Source: an uncultured Pseudomonadota bacterium | Lineage (GTDB): Bacteria > Pseudomonadota > Alphaproteobacteria > RF32 > CAG-239 | NCBI GenBank assembly: GCA_949295915.1 | Contig: CASFNB010000006.1 | Location: 10,541 to 74,540 of the forward strand | Length of the DNA: 64,000 bases | Reading direction: 5' to 3' | In this document: positions 19,018 to 28,616 of the stretch, piece by piece | Numbering within the stretch: the stretch's first letter is position 1 | Layout of the letters: the number at the start of each line of letters is the position of its first letter | Translations under genes and position numbers: made by a program | The notes under the pieces: model-generated | Told to the model about the DNA's origin: nothing | Seen by the model: only the letters and a program-made list of their open reading frames with translations | The model's database searches: none

Positions 19018-19968
19018 ATGTTTTTCAAAAAAAATCATCCGCAAACCGAAATTGAAAAAATCGAATTTAACACATCTGAAAAGCCGATTTACATTCTCGG
19101 TGATGATGACTTAGCTCTCTTTCTGGCTGCCAAGCTTCAGGAAAATGAACAAAACGTTATATTGTTAACAACCAAAGCACCGGCTTCCGGCATGCAAAAA
19201 CTCAAAATCACTTTAAAAGAAGAATATAACTTACAAAAAAATGATATTTTTCTTTTAACCACTTCTTATATCAAACAAGCTCCGGCAGCAATTTTGATAG
19301 CAAGCAAACTTAATTCTTTTCGAGCACATTTAACCTTATTACCGAAAATGCAAAATTTTAATATTCCGGTTGTCTACTTTAACCCCATGTCAGACTTAAC
19401 GGAAATACACCCCTTATTTGGCGCTTCTTTTTACAAAGCTTATTTCAACGGCTATTTAAGTTTTAACGGCTCCAACTTAACATCTTGCGGTTTAATGCCC
19501 GAAATATTAATTTCTGCCAAAAAAGAAAATGATAAAAACTTGCCTGTGGAACAAATTTTAGCACTGACCGGTCTAAAAATAGTCGTTCACGAAAAAGATG
19601 CTTACAATTTTTGGAAAAACAATGCCTCTCGCATTATTGGTTATCTGACGACATATCCCAAGCAACACATTTTAGACATCCTCAACAACAAAGACGGCAA
19701 AGAAAAATTAATATCCGCAGTACACGAAATATGCCGGCTGGCAAAATATGAAAAGATAAAACTCTCGGAAGATGAAATTGTCAGAGAACTTCTGGATACG
19801 CCTCGAGAATTTTATTATAAAAAAAGCACATTTTCTAAAATTGAAAATGCCTCTTTTTTAGAAAAACTGTATAACATGCTAAGCGAAAAAGCTCGAACTT
19901 ATAAATGTAAAATTCCAGAACTCAACCAATTGATAAAAAAAAACTACGAATATCTCTTAAGAAAATAG
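19018..19968 (+). CDS. Hypothetical protein, degenerate ketopantoate-reductase (ApbA/PanE)-like
   Basis: Rossmann-like IYILGDDDLALFLAAKL lacking GxGxxG. The overall layout resembles ApbA plus its C-terminal domain. Weak call. Confidence 0.35.
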   Translation: MFFKKNHPQTEIEKIEFNTSEKPIYILGDDDLALFLAAKLQENEQNVILLTTKAPASGMQKLKITLKEEYNLQKNDIFLLTTSYIKQAPAAILIASKLNSFRAHLTLLPKMQNFNIPVVYFNPMSDLTEIHPLFGASFYKAYFNGYLSFNGSNLTSCGLMPEILISAKKENDKNLPVEQILALTGLKIVVHEKDAYNFWKNNASRIIGYLTTYPKQHILDILNNKDGKEKLISAVHEICRLAKYEKIKLSEDEIVRELLDTPREFYYKKSTFSKIENASFLEKLYNMLSEKARTYKCKIPELNQLIKKNYEYLLRK

Positions 19969-19986
19969 GCACGGCATAATTTATGA

Positions 19987-21129
19987 TTGATGCTTGAAGA
20001 AAATACAAAAACAAGATATAACATGGTTAATATAAACAACGGGGCTTCTACCATGACAAATGAGTTCATTTTAACTTTGGTTACTTTGATTGCGGGAATT
20101 TCTTTCGGCTTTACCGGTTTTTATGTCTACAAACAAAAAGCCCAAACATTATCCTCCGCCTTTTTAAAAAAAGAATTAGCATTTGCCCCAATTTATATCA
20201 GTAGTGTTATTATACTCTCACTTTTATATTTCATCACCCCCAAGGAAGATGACTTTATCCATGATTTTTCTGCCCTGGAACTTTTTGTACCGCTCTTGCT
20301 CGCCGGCATCTGCTATGTACTGACTTTATTTACCCAAACGGCAAAATTTATCAATATTTTTATCATTGCGGCAATAAGCATCTCTGTTTATTTTCTGCCC
20401 CCCGATTTTTTAATGTTTAAAGGCTACCTCTCGTTATGGGCTGACCGCCTTGCCATCATCTTGTTATGGTCTGTTTTTTCTTGTTTTTACTATATTTTGA
20501 ATGGTGTTGACGGTATTTTACCTATTTTCAGCGCCTCCTATCTGATTTGCTTGATTATACTATCCTTATTTGATGCCGCCCCTGCTTTTTACGGCTTGAC
20601 CGGACTGGCACTGTTGTGTATCAACGGCTCTTTTTTGGCATACAACTGGTTTCCCGCCAAAATAACATTAAGCAACAATTCATGCAAAATTTTTGGTTTT
20701 ATGTTAGGAGGTATTATGACATTTGCCGGTTCGGAAAATCTGGCACCATGCTTTGCCATAATATTAACAATTTTTGCATTAGAACTTTTACAAAGCATTT
20801 TCAAAAAACTTTCTTTACGCAACCGCTACGCCGATTTGAACACCAATACAATTTGTTACCAAGCTCATATCAGCGGGCTCACTCCGAACCAAGTTTGTTT
20901 TGCCATATTCAAAGTTCAAATTTTATTTATCATATTAGGATGCTTCCAAGCCTACCTTCCCAATAATTATTCATTGCCGATTGCCTCTTTGTTCTTAGCG
21001 GCATGGTTCTTAAACAAACTCAAAAACTGGGATGAACCGACACAAAGCTTAAAAGAAATCAATCAAGAATTTGTAAGTGATTTACGCCAAAACATAAACG
21101 ATATAAAAAACAGCTTAAAACGAGATTAA
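19987..21129 (+). CDS. Polytopic membrane protein, MraY/WecA (glycosyltransferase family 4)-like
   Basis: About 10 hydrophobic segments and an LNGVDGI motif resembling the DGxDG(L) of polyprenyl-phosphate sugar-phosphate transferases. Likely start at 20053. Confidence 0.45.
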   Translation: MMLEENTKTRYNMVNINNGASTMTNEFILTLVTLIAGISFGFTGFYVYKQKAQTLSSAFLKKELAFAPIYISSVIILSLLYFITPKEDDFIHDFSALELFVPLLLAGICYVLTLFTQTAKFINIFIIAAISISVYFLPPDFLMFKGYLSLWADRLAIILLWSVFSCFYYILNGVDGILPIFSASYLICLIILSLFDAAPAFYGLTGLALLCINGSFLAYNWFPAKITLSNNSCKIFGFMLGGIMTFAGSENLAPCFAIILTIFALELLQSIFKKLSLRNRYADLNTNTICYQAHISGLTPNQVCFAIFKVQILFIILGCFQAYLPNNYSLPIASLFLAAWFLNKLKNWDEPTQSLKEINQEFVSDLRQNINDIKNSLKRD

Positions 21130-21130
21130 C

Positions 21131-22498
21131 ATGAACTTATTAAACAAAATAAAACAAATGTTTTTCTCATCCGGTTCTCGAAAAAATGAACCGGAGTTTG
21201 TTTTTGATATCAGTAATCTGATAAAATTCAAAGTTGTTGTTATTGAGTTTTCAGACAATGTAGAAAGCAGAAGTGGAGAAATCATTGCCAAAAAGCTTCA
21301 ACAACAAGAAGGATTGGAGGTTTCTTATTTTGAAGATCCTTTTCCCAAAAATTTTCTCAATTTAGATAATCGCACTTTATTTGACCTAATAGATAAAGGG
21401 CTCAACATAATAGACCACACACACGCCGATGTCTTAATCTGGGGTTATCGCGAAGGAGATAAAATCCGTATCAATTTTCAAAATGCCAAACAATATGAAA
21501 AAGATGACAATGCTTTCATTTCTTTAATGGACAGTTTTTACATTCCGGCAGATTTAAGCAGCTCTGAGGTCGATTTTCCCCCGGCATTAAACAATTTGAT
21601 TTACGGTGGTGTTATCAGCGCTATCAACCCGCACAATAAAGAAACGCAAATTCAAAAAAAATTTCTTCTGAAAAAAATTATCAATAGTTTATCAAAAGAC
21701 AATTCTGCCAAGTCATTATCCATTGAATATATGCCTTATATCATGAACTTGCTTGGTGTCATTTATTTGAGCTATGCCTATGATCGCGGCGACGGTAAAG
21801 ATTATAAAATTGTCAAAAATTTATTTGATACGGCACTCAGTCATCAAGATTTAATCAAGAACCCCATTCACCTCGGCTGTATCTACAATCATTTGGGGCA
21901 ACTTTACGATGCCTCCAGCGAATATTCTATCAAACGCCCGATAAATCACCTGCGTAACGCCATAAGTTATTTTAGGCAAGCGCAAAAATATTTAACAAAA
22001 TACAATTATCCTTACGATTATGGTTATATATCCTATCGCTTATCACAATTATTCTATACTTACTGGCGACAAAAAGATGATATTCAAGCCTTGCGTGATG
22101 CTGTTTTCCAACTACGTGAAGCCGAAAAAATTTATACCTACGCCCTTTTCCCCGAATTTTGGGCAACCATTCAAGGCGAACTGGCACATATGCTATCTTT
22201 ACTCGGAAACTTCAGTAACAGTGAAGAACTCTGTGAACTTGCCATTGCCAGCTACAAAAACCGTCAAAAAGTAATAACCGAAAAAAGAGATCCGCTGGAA
22301 TGGGCTAATATTCAAACCCATATTGGCGAAATCTACTATCGTTTAGGCAAAAACAGTGAAGACAAATCTTTGTTGGAAGAAGCTTTGGAATATTTCCACG
22401 ATGCCTTATATGTGTATGAAGATAAACAAATGACAGAAGAAACCAAAAAAGTTTCAACTGACATAGCCAAAGCCAGCCATAGCCTCAATTTTTTGTGA
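21131..22498 (+). CDS. Hypothetical protein with TPR-like helical repeats in the C-terminal half
   Basis: Repeating about 34-40 aa helical units (…W..IQ..LG..Y…). No catalytic motif. Confidence 0.45.
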   Translation: MNLLNKIKQMFFSSGSRKNEPEFVFDISNLIKFKVVVIEFSDNVESRSGEIIAKKLQQQEGLEVSYFEDPFPKNFLNLDNRTLFDLIDKGLNIIDHTHADVLIWGYREGDKIRINFQNAKQYEKDDNAFISLMDSFYIPADLSSSEVDFPPALNNLIYGGVISAINPHNKETQIQKKFLLKKIINSLSKDNSAKSLSIEYMPYIMNLLGVIYLSYAYDRGDGKDYKIVKNLFDTALSHQDLIKNPIHLGCIYNHLGQLYDASSEYSIKRPINHLRNAISYFRQAQKYLTKYNYPYDYGYISYRLSQLFYTYWRQKDDIQALRDAVFQLREAEKIYTYALFPEFWATIQGELAHMLSLLGNFSNSEELCELAIASYKNRQKVITEKRDPLEWANIQTHIGEIYYRLGKNSEDKSLLEEALEYFHDALYVYEDKQMTEETKKVSTDIAKASHSLNFL

Positions 22499-22505
22499 GA
22501 AGGAA

Positions 22506-22970
22506 ATGATTTTTTGTTCCATTATGAACACGCCTTATGGAAACATCTTGCTTGAAGCCGAAAATGATCAATTAATCGGCTGCCGTTTTATTTTTACTTC
22601 CTCATTCAAAAATGACAACCAAGAAACCCCTTTTTTACAAAATGTAAAAAAACAGTTGGAAGAATATTTTTCCGGCATCAGAAAAATTTTTGACATCAAA
22701 ATGGCTCCTACGGGAACGCCTTTTCAACAAAGCGTATGGCAAGCCTTACAAAAAATCCCATACGGACAAACTGCAAGCTACCAAGAAATTGCCAAAAGAA
22801 TTAATAATCCCCAAGCTTCCCGCGCGGTAGGCATGGCCAATAATAAAAACCCCATAGCCATAATCATTCCTTGTCACCGCGTAATCGGAAGCAACGGCAA
22901 GTTAGTTGGTTACGCCGGAGGCTTAAATTTAAAACAACAACTTTTAGAATTAGAAAAAAATAACCTATAA
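22506..22970 (+). CDS. ogt: Methylated-DNA--protein-cysteine methyltransferase
   Basis: Active site IIPCHRVIGSNGKLVGYAGGL and the upstream YGQTASYQEIA helix. Confidence 0.9.
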   Translation: MIFCSIMNTPYGNILLEAENDQLIGCRFIFTSSFKNDNQETPFLQNVKKQLEEYFSGIRKIFDIKMAPTGTPFQQSVWQALQKIPYGQTASYQEIAKRINNPQASRAVGMANNKNPIAIIIPCHRVIGSNGKLVGYAGGLNLKQQLLELEKNNL

Positions 22971-22980
22971 GAGAAAAAAC

Positions 22981-23322
22981 ATGAGACAATTTTATCCCAT
23001 AATTCTTTTAACCATATCAAATATATTCATGACTTTTGCTTGGTATGGGCATTTAAAGTTCAAATCCACGGCATTATGGATTGTCATTTTAGCCAGCTGG
23101 GGTATTGCTTTTTTTGAATATATTTTTTAAGTTCCGGCCAACCGTATCGGACATGAGTTTTTCAGTGCCGCACAACTAAAAATTATGCAAGAAGCCATCA
23201 CCATTATTATCTTTTGCATATTTTCAATTCTGTATTTAAAAGAAGACTTAAAATGGAACTATCTTGTCGGCTTTGCCCTAATTTTACTTGCCGTCTTTTT
23301 TGTGTTTAAGAAATGGGATTAA
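22981..23322 (+). pseudogene. DUF486 (DMT-superfamily) membrane protein with in-frame TAA at codon 50
   Basis: My translation: MRQFYPIILLTISNIFMTFAWYGHLKF...FEYIF-TAA(23128-23130)-VPANRIGHEFFSAAQLKIMQEAIT...KKWD. Homologs have a sense codon at this point in the conserved VPANRIG context. Confidence 0.65.
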
Positions 23323-23455
23323 AATTAAAGCCGATAGGCTTTTGCGACCTACTCTCCTCAACAAAAAAGCCCGCTTTCGCAGGCTTTTTTATGGCGGTGT
23401 AGTAAACTTAAACGGTACCAGGCATACTAAAGCTTCACATTGCCCAAGCCAAATA

Positions 23456-23584
23456 ACAGGGAATCTACAGGGAATTTTATCTTATTTCTCTCCCCTCATA
23501 CTATCATGTTTACCTTGAATTACTTAGCTTATCCAAACATCCCTCCCCAAATTATCAGGGAATTTAAAATAAAAAACAGGGAAA
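23456..23584 (+). repeat. Four direct copies of (A/T)CAGGGAA(T/A) upstream of hamA
   Basis: ACAGGGAAT at 23456 and 23467, TCAGGGAAT at 23555, ACAGGGAAA at 23576, all in non-coding DNA at the left edge of the AT-rich island. Confidence 0.6.
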
Positions 23585-23680
23585 TAGTAAAAAAATAAAC
23601 CCATAGTATAAAAAGTTTTAAATATTGAATATTCCTCAATTTTTAATAAAATCACTAACATAAAAATAAGGAAGGACTGC

Positions 23681-24628
23681 ATGGTTGAATATAAAAAAAC
23701 ATCATATTCAGACGGATTTGGAATTTTTAATAGAATTCACAAAGAAGATTTGGATGGTGTTAATAATAACGTCCTCAATCTCTACATGTTAAATACAGAA
23801 AATAAACTTTTTAATTATGACCAGTTATATGAATATTTGCTTCAAAATATCTGCCAATATGTTTTTGACCGAAGAAAAATAAACGAAACACAAAATGATC
23901 CTATTAAATCAAGAACAATCATTCTTGATGCTCTCAGTCAATTGAGAAAAATAACCTCGGATAAGGATCAAGGTGCTGGTGGAGAATTAGGAGAAATTTT
24001 ATTATATATTTTTTTAGAACAAGATTTAAACGCCCCTAAACTGTTTAGTAAGGTAGAATTGAAAACAAATCCTCAAGATTATGTAAAAGGAGCAGACGGA
24101 ATTCATTTTAAATTCCGAACAGATACGGAAGGAAAGAAAATTCTACAACTAGTGATCGGTGAGGCGAAGATAGATAATGATCTAAACAATGGAATTAATG
24201 CGGCATTTAAATCTATTAATACATATTTATCAAATAATACCCAAGATATTATACTGCTTGATACTCATTTAATGAACCAAATGGTAAATGAAGAAGAAGC
24301 AAACGAACTTAAAGAATATATTTTATCTGTTCCTCGAAAGAAAAAAGAAACCATCTTTGGTATATTTATAGGATATAGCATAAAATATGAAGGAAAAGAA
24401 GATAATAATGACAATTATGATAAAAAAATAATTCAAGAAAATTTGCAACAAGTTATGAATTACAGACAAAAAATAATTGATAAAATTAACGATTATCATG
24501 TTAGTAATTACGAATTTAATTTTTATTTCTTACCTTTTCACAATGCGATGAATGATCGAAAAATTATTATTGATCAACTTACCTCTGGACATCCCCATTT
24601 TTCACGGAAGGAAATTCGTAATGGTTAA
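23681..24628 (+). CDS. hamA: Hachiman defence protein HamA (DUF1837, PD-(D/E)xK-type nuclease)
   Basis: GELGEILLYIFLE motif. GADGIHF ... VIGEAK gives the D...ExK nuclease signature. Overlaps the downstream helicase gene, matching the Hachiman two-gene layout. Confidence 0.75.
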   Translation: MVEYKKTSYSDGFGIFNRIHKEDLDGVNNNVLNLYMLNTENKLFNYDQLYEYLLQNICQYVFDRRKINETQNDPIKSRTIILDALSQLRKITSDKDQGAGGELGEILLYIFLEQDLNAPKLFSKVELKTNPQDYVKGADGIHFKFRTDTEGKKILQLVIGEAKIDNDLNNGINAAFKSINTYLSNNTQDIILLDTHLMNQMVNEEEANELKEYILSVPRKKKETIFGIFIGYSIKYEGKEDNNDNYDKKIIQENLQQVMNYRQKIIDKINDYHVSNYEFNFYFLPFHNAMNDRKIIIDQLTSGHPHFSRKEIRNG

Positions 24629-27224
24629 AAATTTAGCTGATTTTCTCCTTAAAGATATTGCAGAAGATGCTAAATTAAAACAAAGTTTTGCTTATCTCTT
24701 GACAACATATCTAAATTATTTAACCGGCCATGGAGAGATTCAATATAATGATAAATTTCAGTTATTATTGCAATATGCTGATTTATTATCTCTATCAAAT
24801 ATAGAACAACACCAAAATATAGCTCAGCAAATTGTAATTCTATTATCACTGCTTTTTCCTCAAAAAAACATTGTAAACATCGTCAAAGAAAATATTTATA
24901 AAAACGTTTCAAATTTTGCATCAATAGATTTATTATTAAAAAATAATAAATTAGCAAAAATTAATAATGAATTTATGCATAATGTAATGTATACTATGCA
25001 TCGTATTGAAAACAATATTCCCGATTCCGATAAAAGCTTTTTTGATGCACAAAAAACAATATTATCCTCTTTGGAAACAAACCAGTATTATAGCTTTTCA
25101 GCTCCAACATCAATGGGAAAAACCTTTGTATCATTGAGTTTTATTAGGAATATGTTAAAACAAAATTCTTGTGATAATTTTGCCATTATCGTTCCAACTA
25201 GAGCATTGCTATCAGAAATTGCAAATAAAATTATTAATGATTTTAAAGATTATCTCGGAAATAATCGTCACAAAGTGGTTACCACAACCGCAGTTGTACA
25301 GGAAGGAGAAAAATTTATAGCGGTTTTAACTCCTGAACGTTTATATTATTCTATACTAAAGAAACCTGAAGTTCAATTCAAATACATATTTATTGATGAA
25401 GCACATAAAATTTCTGGAAACGACAAAAGAAGTATTATTTATTATAAAATACTGGATATGTTCAAAACAGATAATAACATTCATATATATTTTTCTTCAC
25501 CTATAATTCCTAATCCAGATATCTACTTAGAACTTACAAATTTTTATTCAAACAGCAACTCTTCTGGAAAGGCCTTTGTTTTTTCACCTGTAATACAAAA
25601 TAAGATTTATCTTAACTTTCTAGAACAAAAAATTCAGATATATAACAATATAACAAATGAAGTTCTCAATGGAACGTCATTTCCTCACAATATTACTGAT
25701 AAAATGCAAGCTCTGTTATTTTTTGGCAAAAATAAATGTAATTTGATTTATGTTTCATCGGCAAATAAAGCTATTAAATATGCTTTAGAACTAGCGAATA
25801 CTGTAGAAACATATAATTTATTTCCTCAAACAGATGAGGTGAAAAAAGAATTAGAAAAAGCATCAAAACAAATAGAACAAAAAATACATCAAGACTATTA
25901 CTTAGCTAAATTAATTCGACAAGGTATAGCTTATCATATAGGAGCTCTTCCTGGAGAAGTAAGAACACAAATAGAAGATCTTTTAAAAAAAGGATATTTA
26001 CGGTATTGTTTCTGCACAAGTACCTTACTAGAGGGTGTTAATGTTCCTGTTGATAATCTCTTCATATTTGACAGTAAAAAAGGTAGAAGCGAAATGTCAA
26101 CAATTGACGCTTTCAATTTGATAGGAAGAGCTGGTCGAGTAACCTTAAATGAATATGGTAATGCCTTTATAATTATTGAAGATAATAGAACTCAGCAATA
26201 TTTTAATAAGGTTTTACTAAATCCTCTTCCTCATCAAGATTTGTTACCTCAAAAGACCTTACAAAAAAAACATAAAAAACATATTGTTTCTGTTCTATTA
26301 GATGGAAAAACAAACCTCCTAGAAGAAGGAGAAAAATATTCTTCTCACGGATTTAACGAAACAACATATGAATACGCCACAAAATGTCTAAATATGCTTT
26401 TACAAGATATATGCACTAAAAATAAAAGTTATATAGTTAAAGATTTTGAAAAAGATGAAATTCTATCACCTCAAAATATCATTGACATAAGAAACAAATT
26501 TTCAAATTTCCAACAAGATGATAACGATATAAACTTATCTGCTCTACAAAAAAATAGTTTATATGATGCTGTTTTAAATAAAAATATAAATTACCCTAAT
26601 TCATTTGATTATCAATCATGTCTAAGTTTTTTAAAGGAACTGTCAGAAATATTTCAATGGCAAATATATGAAAGAACTTCATTAGGTAGAGGAGAAAGTC
26701 TAAAATATTATACTGTTATTTTAACACAATGGATGCAGGGAAAAGGTTTACATGAGATAATTAGGAGTGCAATTAATTATTACAGAGAACACTCATGCCA
26801 ATTACAAGTCTATGAACCCACTTATAGACTCGTAGATTATGATGATTCCTTAGAACACAAAAACATTATAATTAACGAAACAATGAAAAATATAGAAGAA
26901 ATTATTAATTATAAATTCTCAATGTACTTTTTAAGATTATCAGAAACGCTAATAAAATTACAAGGTGAAAGTGCGTTAATTAATGATTGGTACGAATATG
27001 TAGAGTATGGAACCAATAATCATTTAGTTATAACATTACAAAAATATGGATTTTTAAGAGAGGAGGCAATTTCTCTCATTAATCCTCAGTATATAAAATA
27101 TATTAATTTAGTCGAAAATCATATACAAATTGATATTGATCTCATAAATGTTGTTCCTCTTGAACTTAAAAACTCTATACAAACAGTAATGATTAACTAC
27201 CCTGAAATTTTTTATATTGAATAA
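24621..27224 (+). CDS. hamB: Hachiman defence helicase HamB (SF2 DExH helicase)
   Basis: Motif I APTSMGKTFV, motif II FIDEAHKI, motif V LLEGVNVP, motif VI LIGRAGR, and a long C-terminal domain. Start set at ATG 24621, overlapping the hamA stop by 8 nt (ORF-track start is 24552). Confidence 0.8.
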   Translation: MVKNLADFLLKDIAEDAKLKQSFAYLLTTYLNYLTGHGEIQYNDKFQLLLQYADLLSLSNIEQHQNIAQQIVILLSLLFPQKNIVNIVKENIYKNVSNFASIDLLLKNNKLAKINNEFMHNVMYTMHRIENNIPDSDKSFFDAQKTILSSLETNQYYSFSAPTSMGKTFVSLSFIRNMLKQNSCDNFAIIVPTRALLSEIANKIINDFKDYLGNNRHKVVTTTAVVQEGEKFIAVLTPERLYYSILKKPEVQFKYIFIDEAHKISGNDKRSIIYYKILDMFKTDNNIHIYFSSPIIPNPDIYLELTNFYSNSNSSGKAFVFSPVIQNKIYLNFLEQKIQIYNNITNEVLNGTSFPHNITDKMQALLFFGKNKCNLIYVSSANKAIKYALELANTVETYNLFPQTDEVKKELEKASKQIEQKIHQDYYLAKLIRQGIAYHIGALPGEVRTQIEDLLKKGYLRYCFCTSTLLEGVNVPVDNLFIFDSKKGRSEMSTIDAFNLIGRAGRVTLNEYGNAFIIIEDNRTQQYFNKVLLNPLPHQDLLPQKTLQKKHKKHIVSVLLDGKTNLLEEGEKYSSHGFNETTYEYATKCLNMLLQDICTKNKSYIVKDFEKDEILSPQNIIDIRNKFSNFQQDDNDINLSALQKNSLYDAVLNKNINYPNSFDYQSCLSFLKELSEIFQWQIYERTSLGRGESLKYYTVILTQWMQGKGLHEIIRSAINYYREHSCQLQVYEPTYRLVDYDDSLEHKNIIINETMKNIEEIINYKFSMYFLRLSETLIKLQGESALINDWYEYVEYGTNNHLVITLQKYGFLREEAISLINPQYIKYINLVENHIQIDIDLINVVPLELKNSIQTVMINYPEIFYIE

Positions 27225-27252
27225 AAAAGGTTTCGCTATTTCAAATATTTAT

Positions 27253-27747
27253 TTAAAAAATGTCAATAACACCGTTCCTTTTTAATTCTATTAATAATTT
27301 ATCCAGAGTTTGTCCTGCCCAAATTATCAATTTAATATTATTTACAGATGGAACTTTTGAACCATGAAAGAAGTTACAGCGTATTTTATAAACGACTTTC
27401 AAATAATAATAAAGATTATTTTTGTTGCTATTAAAACGTGCTATAATTTTTTCTTTCCCATAAAGTCCTAATCTGCTGCCTTGTTCATCCTTGTAAGGGA
27501 TCATTTTAAATGATTGCACAAAACCATTTTTCAAAGCATTATAAACCTTTTGAGCCGCTTTATTTTTAGATAATTGCACCGATCCTAAAACATCTTTCAT
27601 ATGATATGTTTTAGAATACCAACTATTATATTGCATCCAAGTAAACATAAAATGAAGGACTTCTTGTTGTTCTTGTGGTAACAAATCTCCTCTCATCCAA
27701 AACGTCCAATCGGCTACTGTTAACTTCTCATTTTTCCTTGTTACCAT
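27253..27747 (-). CDS. HEPN-domain protein (Rx4H), candidate stand-alone abortive-infection RNase
   Basis: YKIRCNFFHGSK contains the R-x4-H HEPN catalytic motif in an all-helical ~160 aa protein. Convergent with hamB. Confidence 0.55.
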   Translation of the reverse strand: MVTRKNEKLTVADWTFWMRGDLLPQEQQEVLHFMFTWMQYNSWYSKTYHMKDVLGSVQLSKNKAAQKVYNALKNGFVQSFKMIPYKDEQGSRLGLYGKEKIIARFNSNKNNLYYYLKVVYKIRCNFFHGSKVPSVNNIKLIIWAGQTLDKLLIELKRNGVIDIF

Positions 27748-27755
27748 ATCTCAAA

Positions 27756-28019
27756 TTACTCTCCAATGACTTTCAGCAAATCATCATATGTTTCGATGAT
27801 TTTATATTTAATGGTATCAGAGCTGATGGCAGCGAAATGTTTTCTGGCACAAGCTGTTTTTGATTTTTCAACACCTCTTAATTCCAGCTCTAAATTTTCC
27901 ATATTTCCCTTAGTTTTGTTCGCTTTTATTAAAACCTTATCATAGGGCTTAATTTTCAGCCCGAACTTTTCAATTTTAACTCCTACTGTTTTCTTAGCCC
28001 TTATGGCTCCTTTTAACGG
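27756..28019 (-). pseudogene. Remnant resembling the C-terminal domain of restriction-enzyme/helicase R subunits
   Basis: An open frame with no credible start reads ...KIKPYDKVLIKANKTKGNMENLELELRGVEKSKTACARKHFAAISSDTIKYKIIETYDDL. This follows the pattern (x)E(x)KG...K..AA..F...n...Y.i seen at such C-termini. The only ATG ORF inside is 48 codons (27756-27902). Confidence 0.3.
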
Positions 28020-28616
28020 TTACATATTTTTGATGTGGATGGTTAGGTTTGTCTGGGTACATTAACTCCAAACTTCCTTTTTTTATTAAAATATTTAAAA
28101 TGCTTTCTTTGAAATATTTTCTATCTTTATACCCCATAAACTCCATTATATCCAACGCCTTTTTAGGTACCTGACAAAAAGTAAGAATTTTCTCTTCTAT
28201 TGTACCATCAACCGCATTTCTAGCTTGGGGGGGGTAACTTGAGGGGTAACTTGGGGAGTGTCCTTAGGGGTATTGGGAGCAAACTGACGGAAAAAGTCAA
28301 TTTTCCAGTCAACTTTAAACACTTCGCTGTCTTCCAATACCGGTTCATGACCGGCATAGGACTTGGCATACTTGGTTATCTTTCGCACTCCGGAACCTAA
28401 TTCATCGGCCAAACCAATCTCTTTAAAGAAGTTCGCCAAAATAGGATTTTTCGGGTGCGGTATATTTATATCAGGGTTAATATTGCCATGGATAAACGGT
28501 TTATTAGCATTTTCTATGGTTATTTTGTCTGCCTCAATAATCAAACGGGCGTAATAACGATAGGTAAATTCTCTGTGAATCAGCATATTGACCGCAATTT
28601 CTCTAAATAAAATCAT
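27994..28616 (-). pseudogene. Fragment of an AlbA_2/HATPase_c_4-type (RecG-like) ATP-binding regulator, 5'-truncated and frameshifted
   Basis: REIAVNMLIHREF...NPILANFFKEIGLADELGSGVRKI...TPQVTPQVTP stops at 28197. The expected wHTH tail continues in another frame (IEEKILTFCQVPKKALDIMEFMGYKDRKYFKESILNILIKKGSLELMYPDKPNHPHQKY). The frame change coincides with a G8 run at 28227-28234. Confidence 0.6.

Noticed and set aside
23391-23402. ATGGCGGTGTAG as the distal direct repeat (att) of tRNA-Ser bounding the island
   Set aside because: Only TGGCGG plus scattered bases match the tRNA-Ser 3' end (TGGCGGAGAGATAG). That is too short to distinguish from chance, so the island boundary rests on composition and gene content instead.
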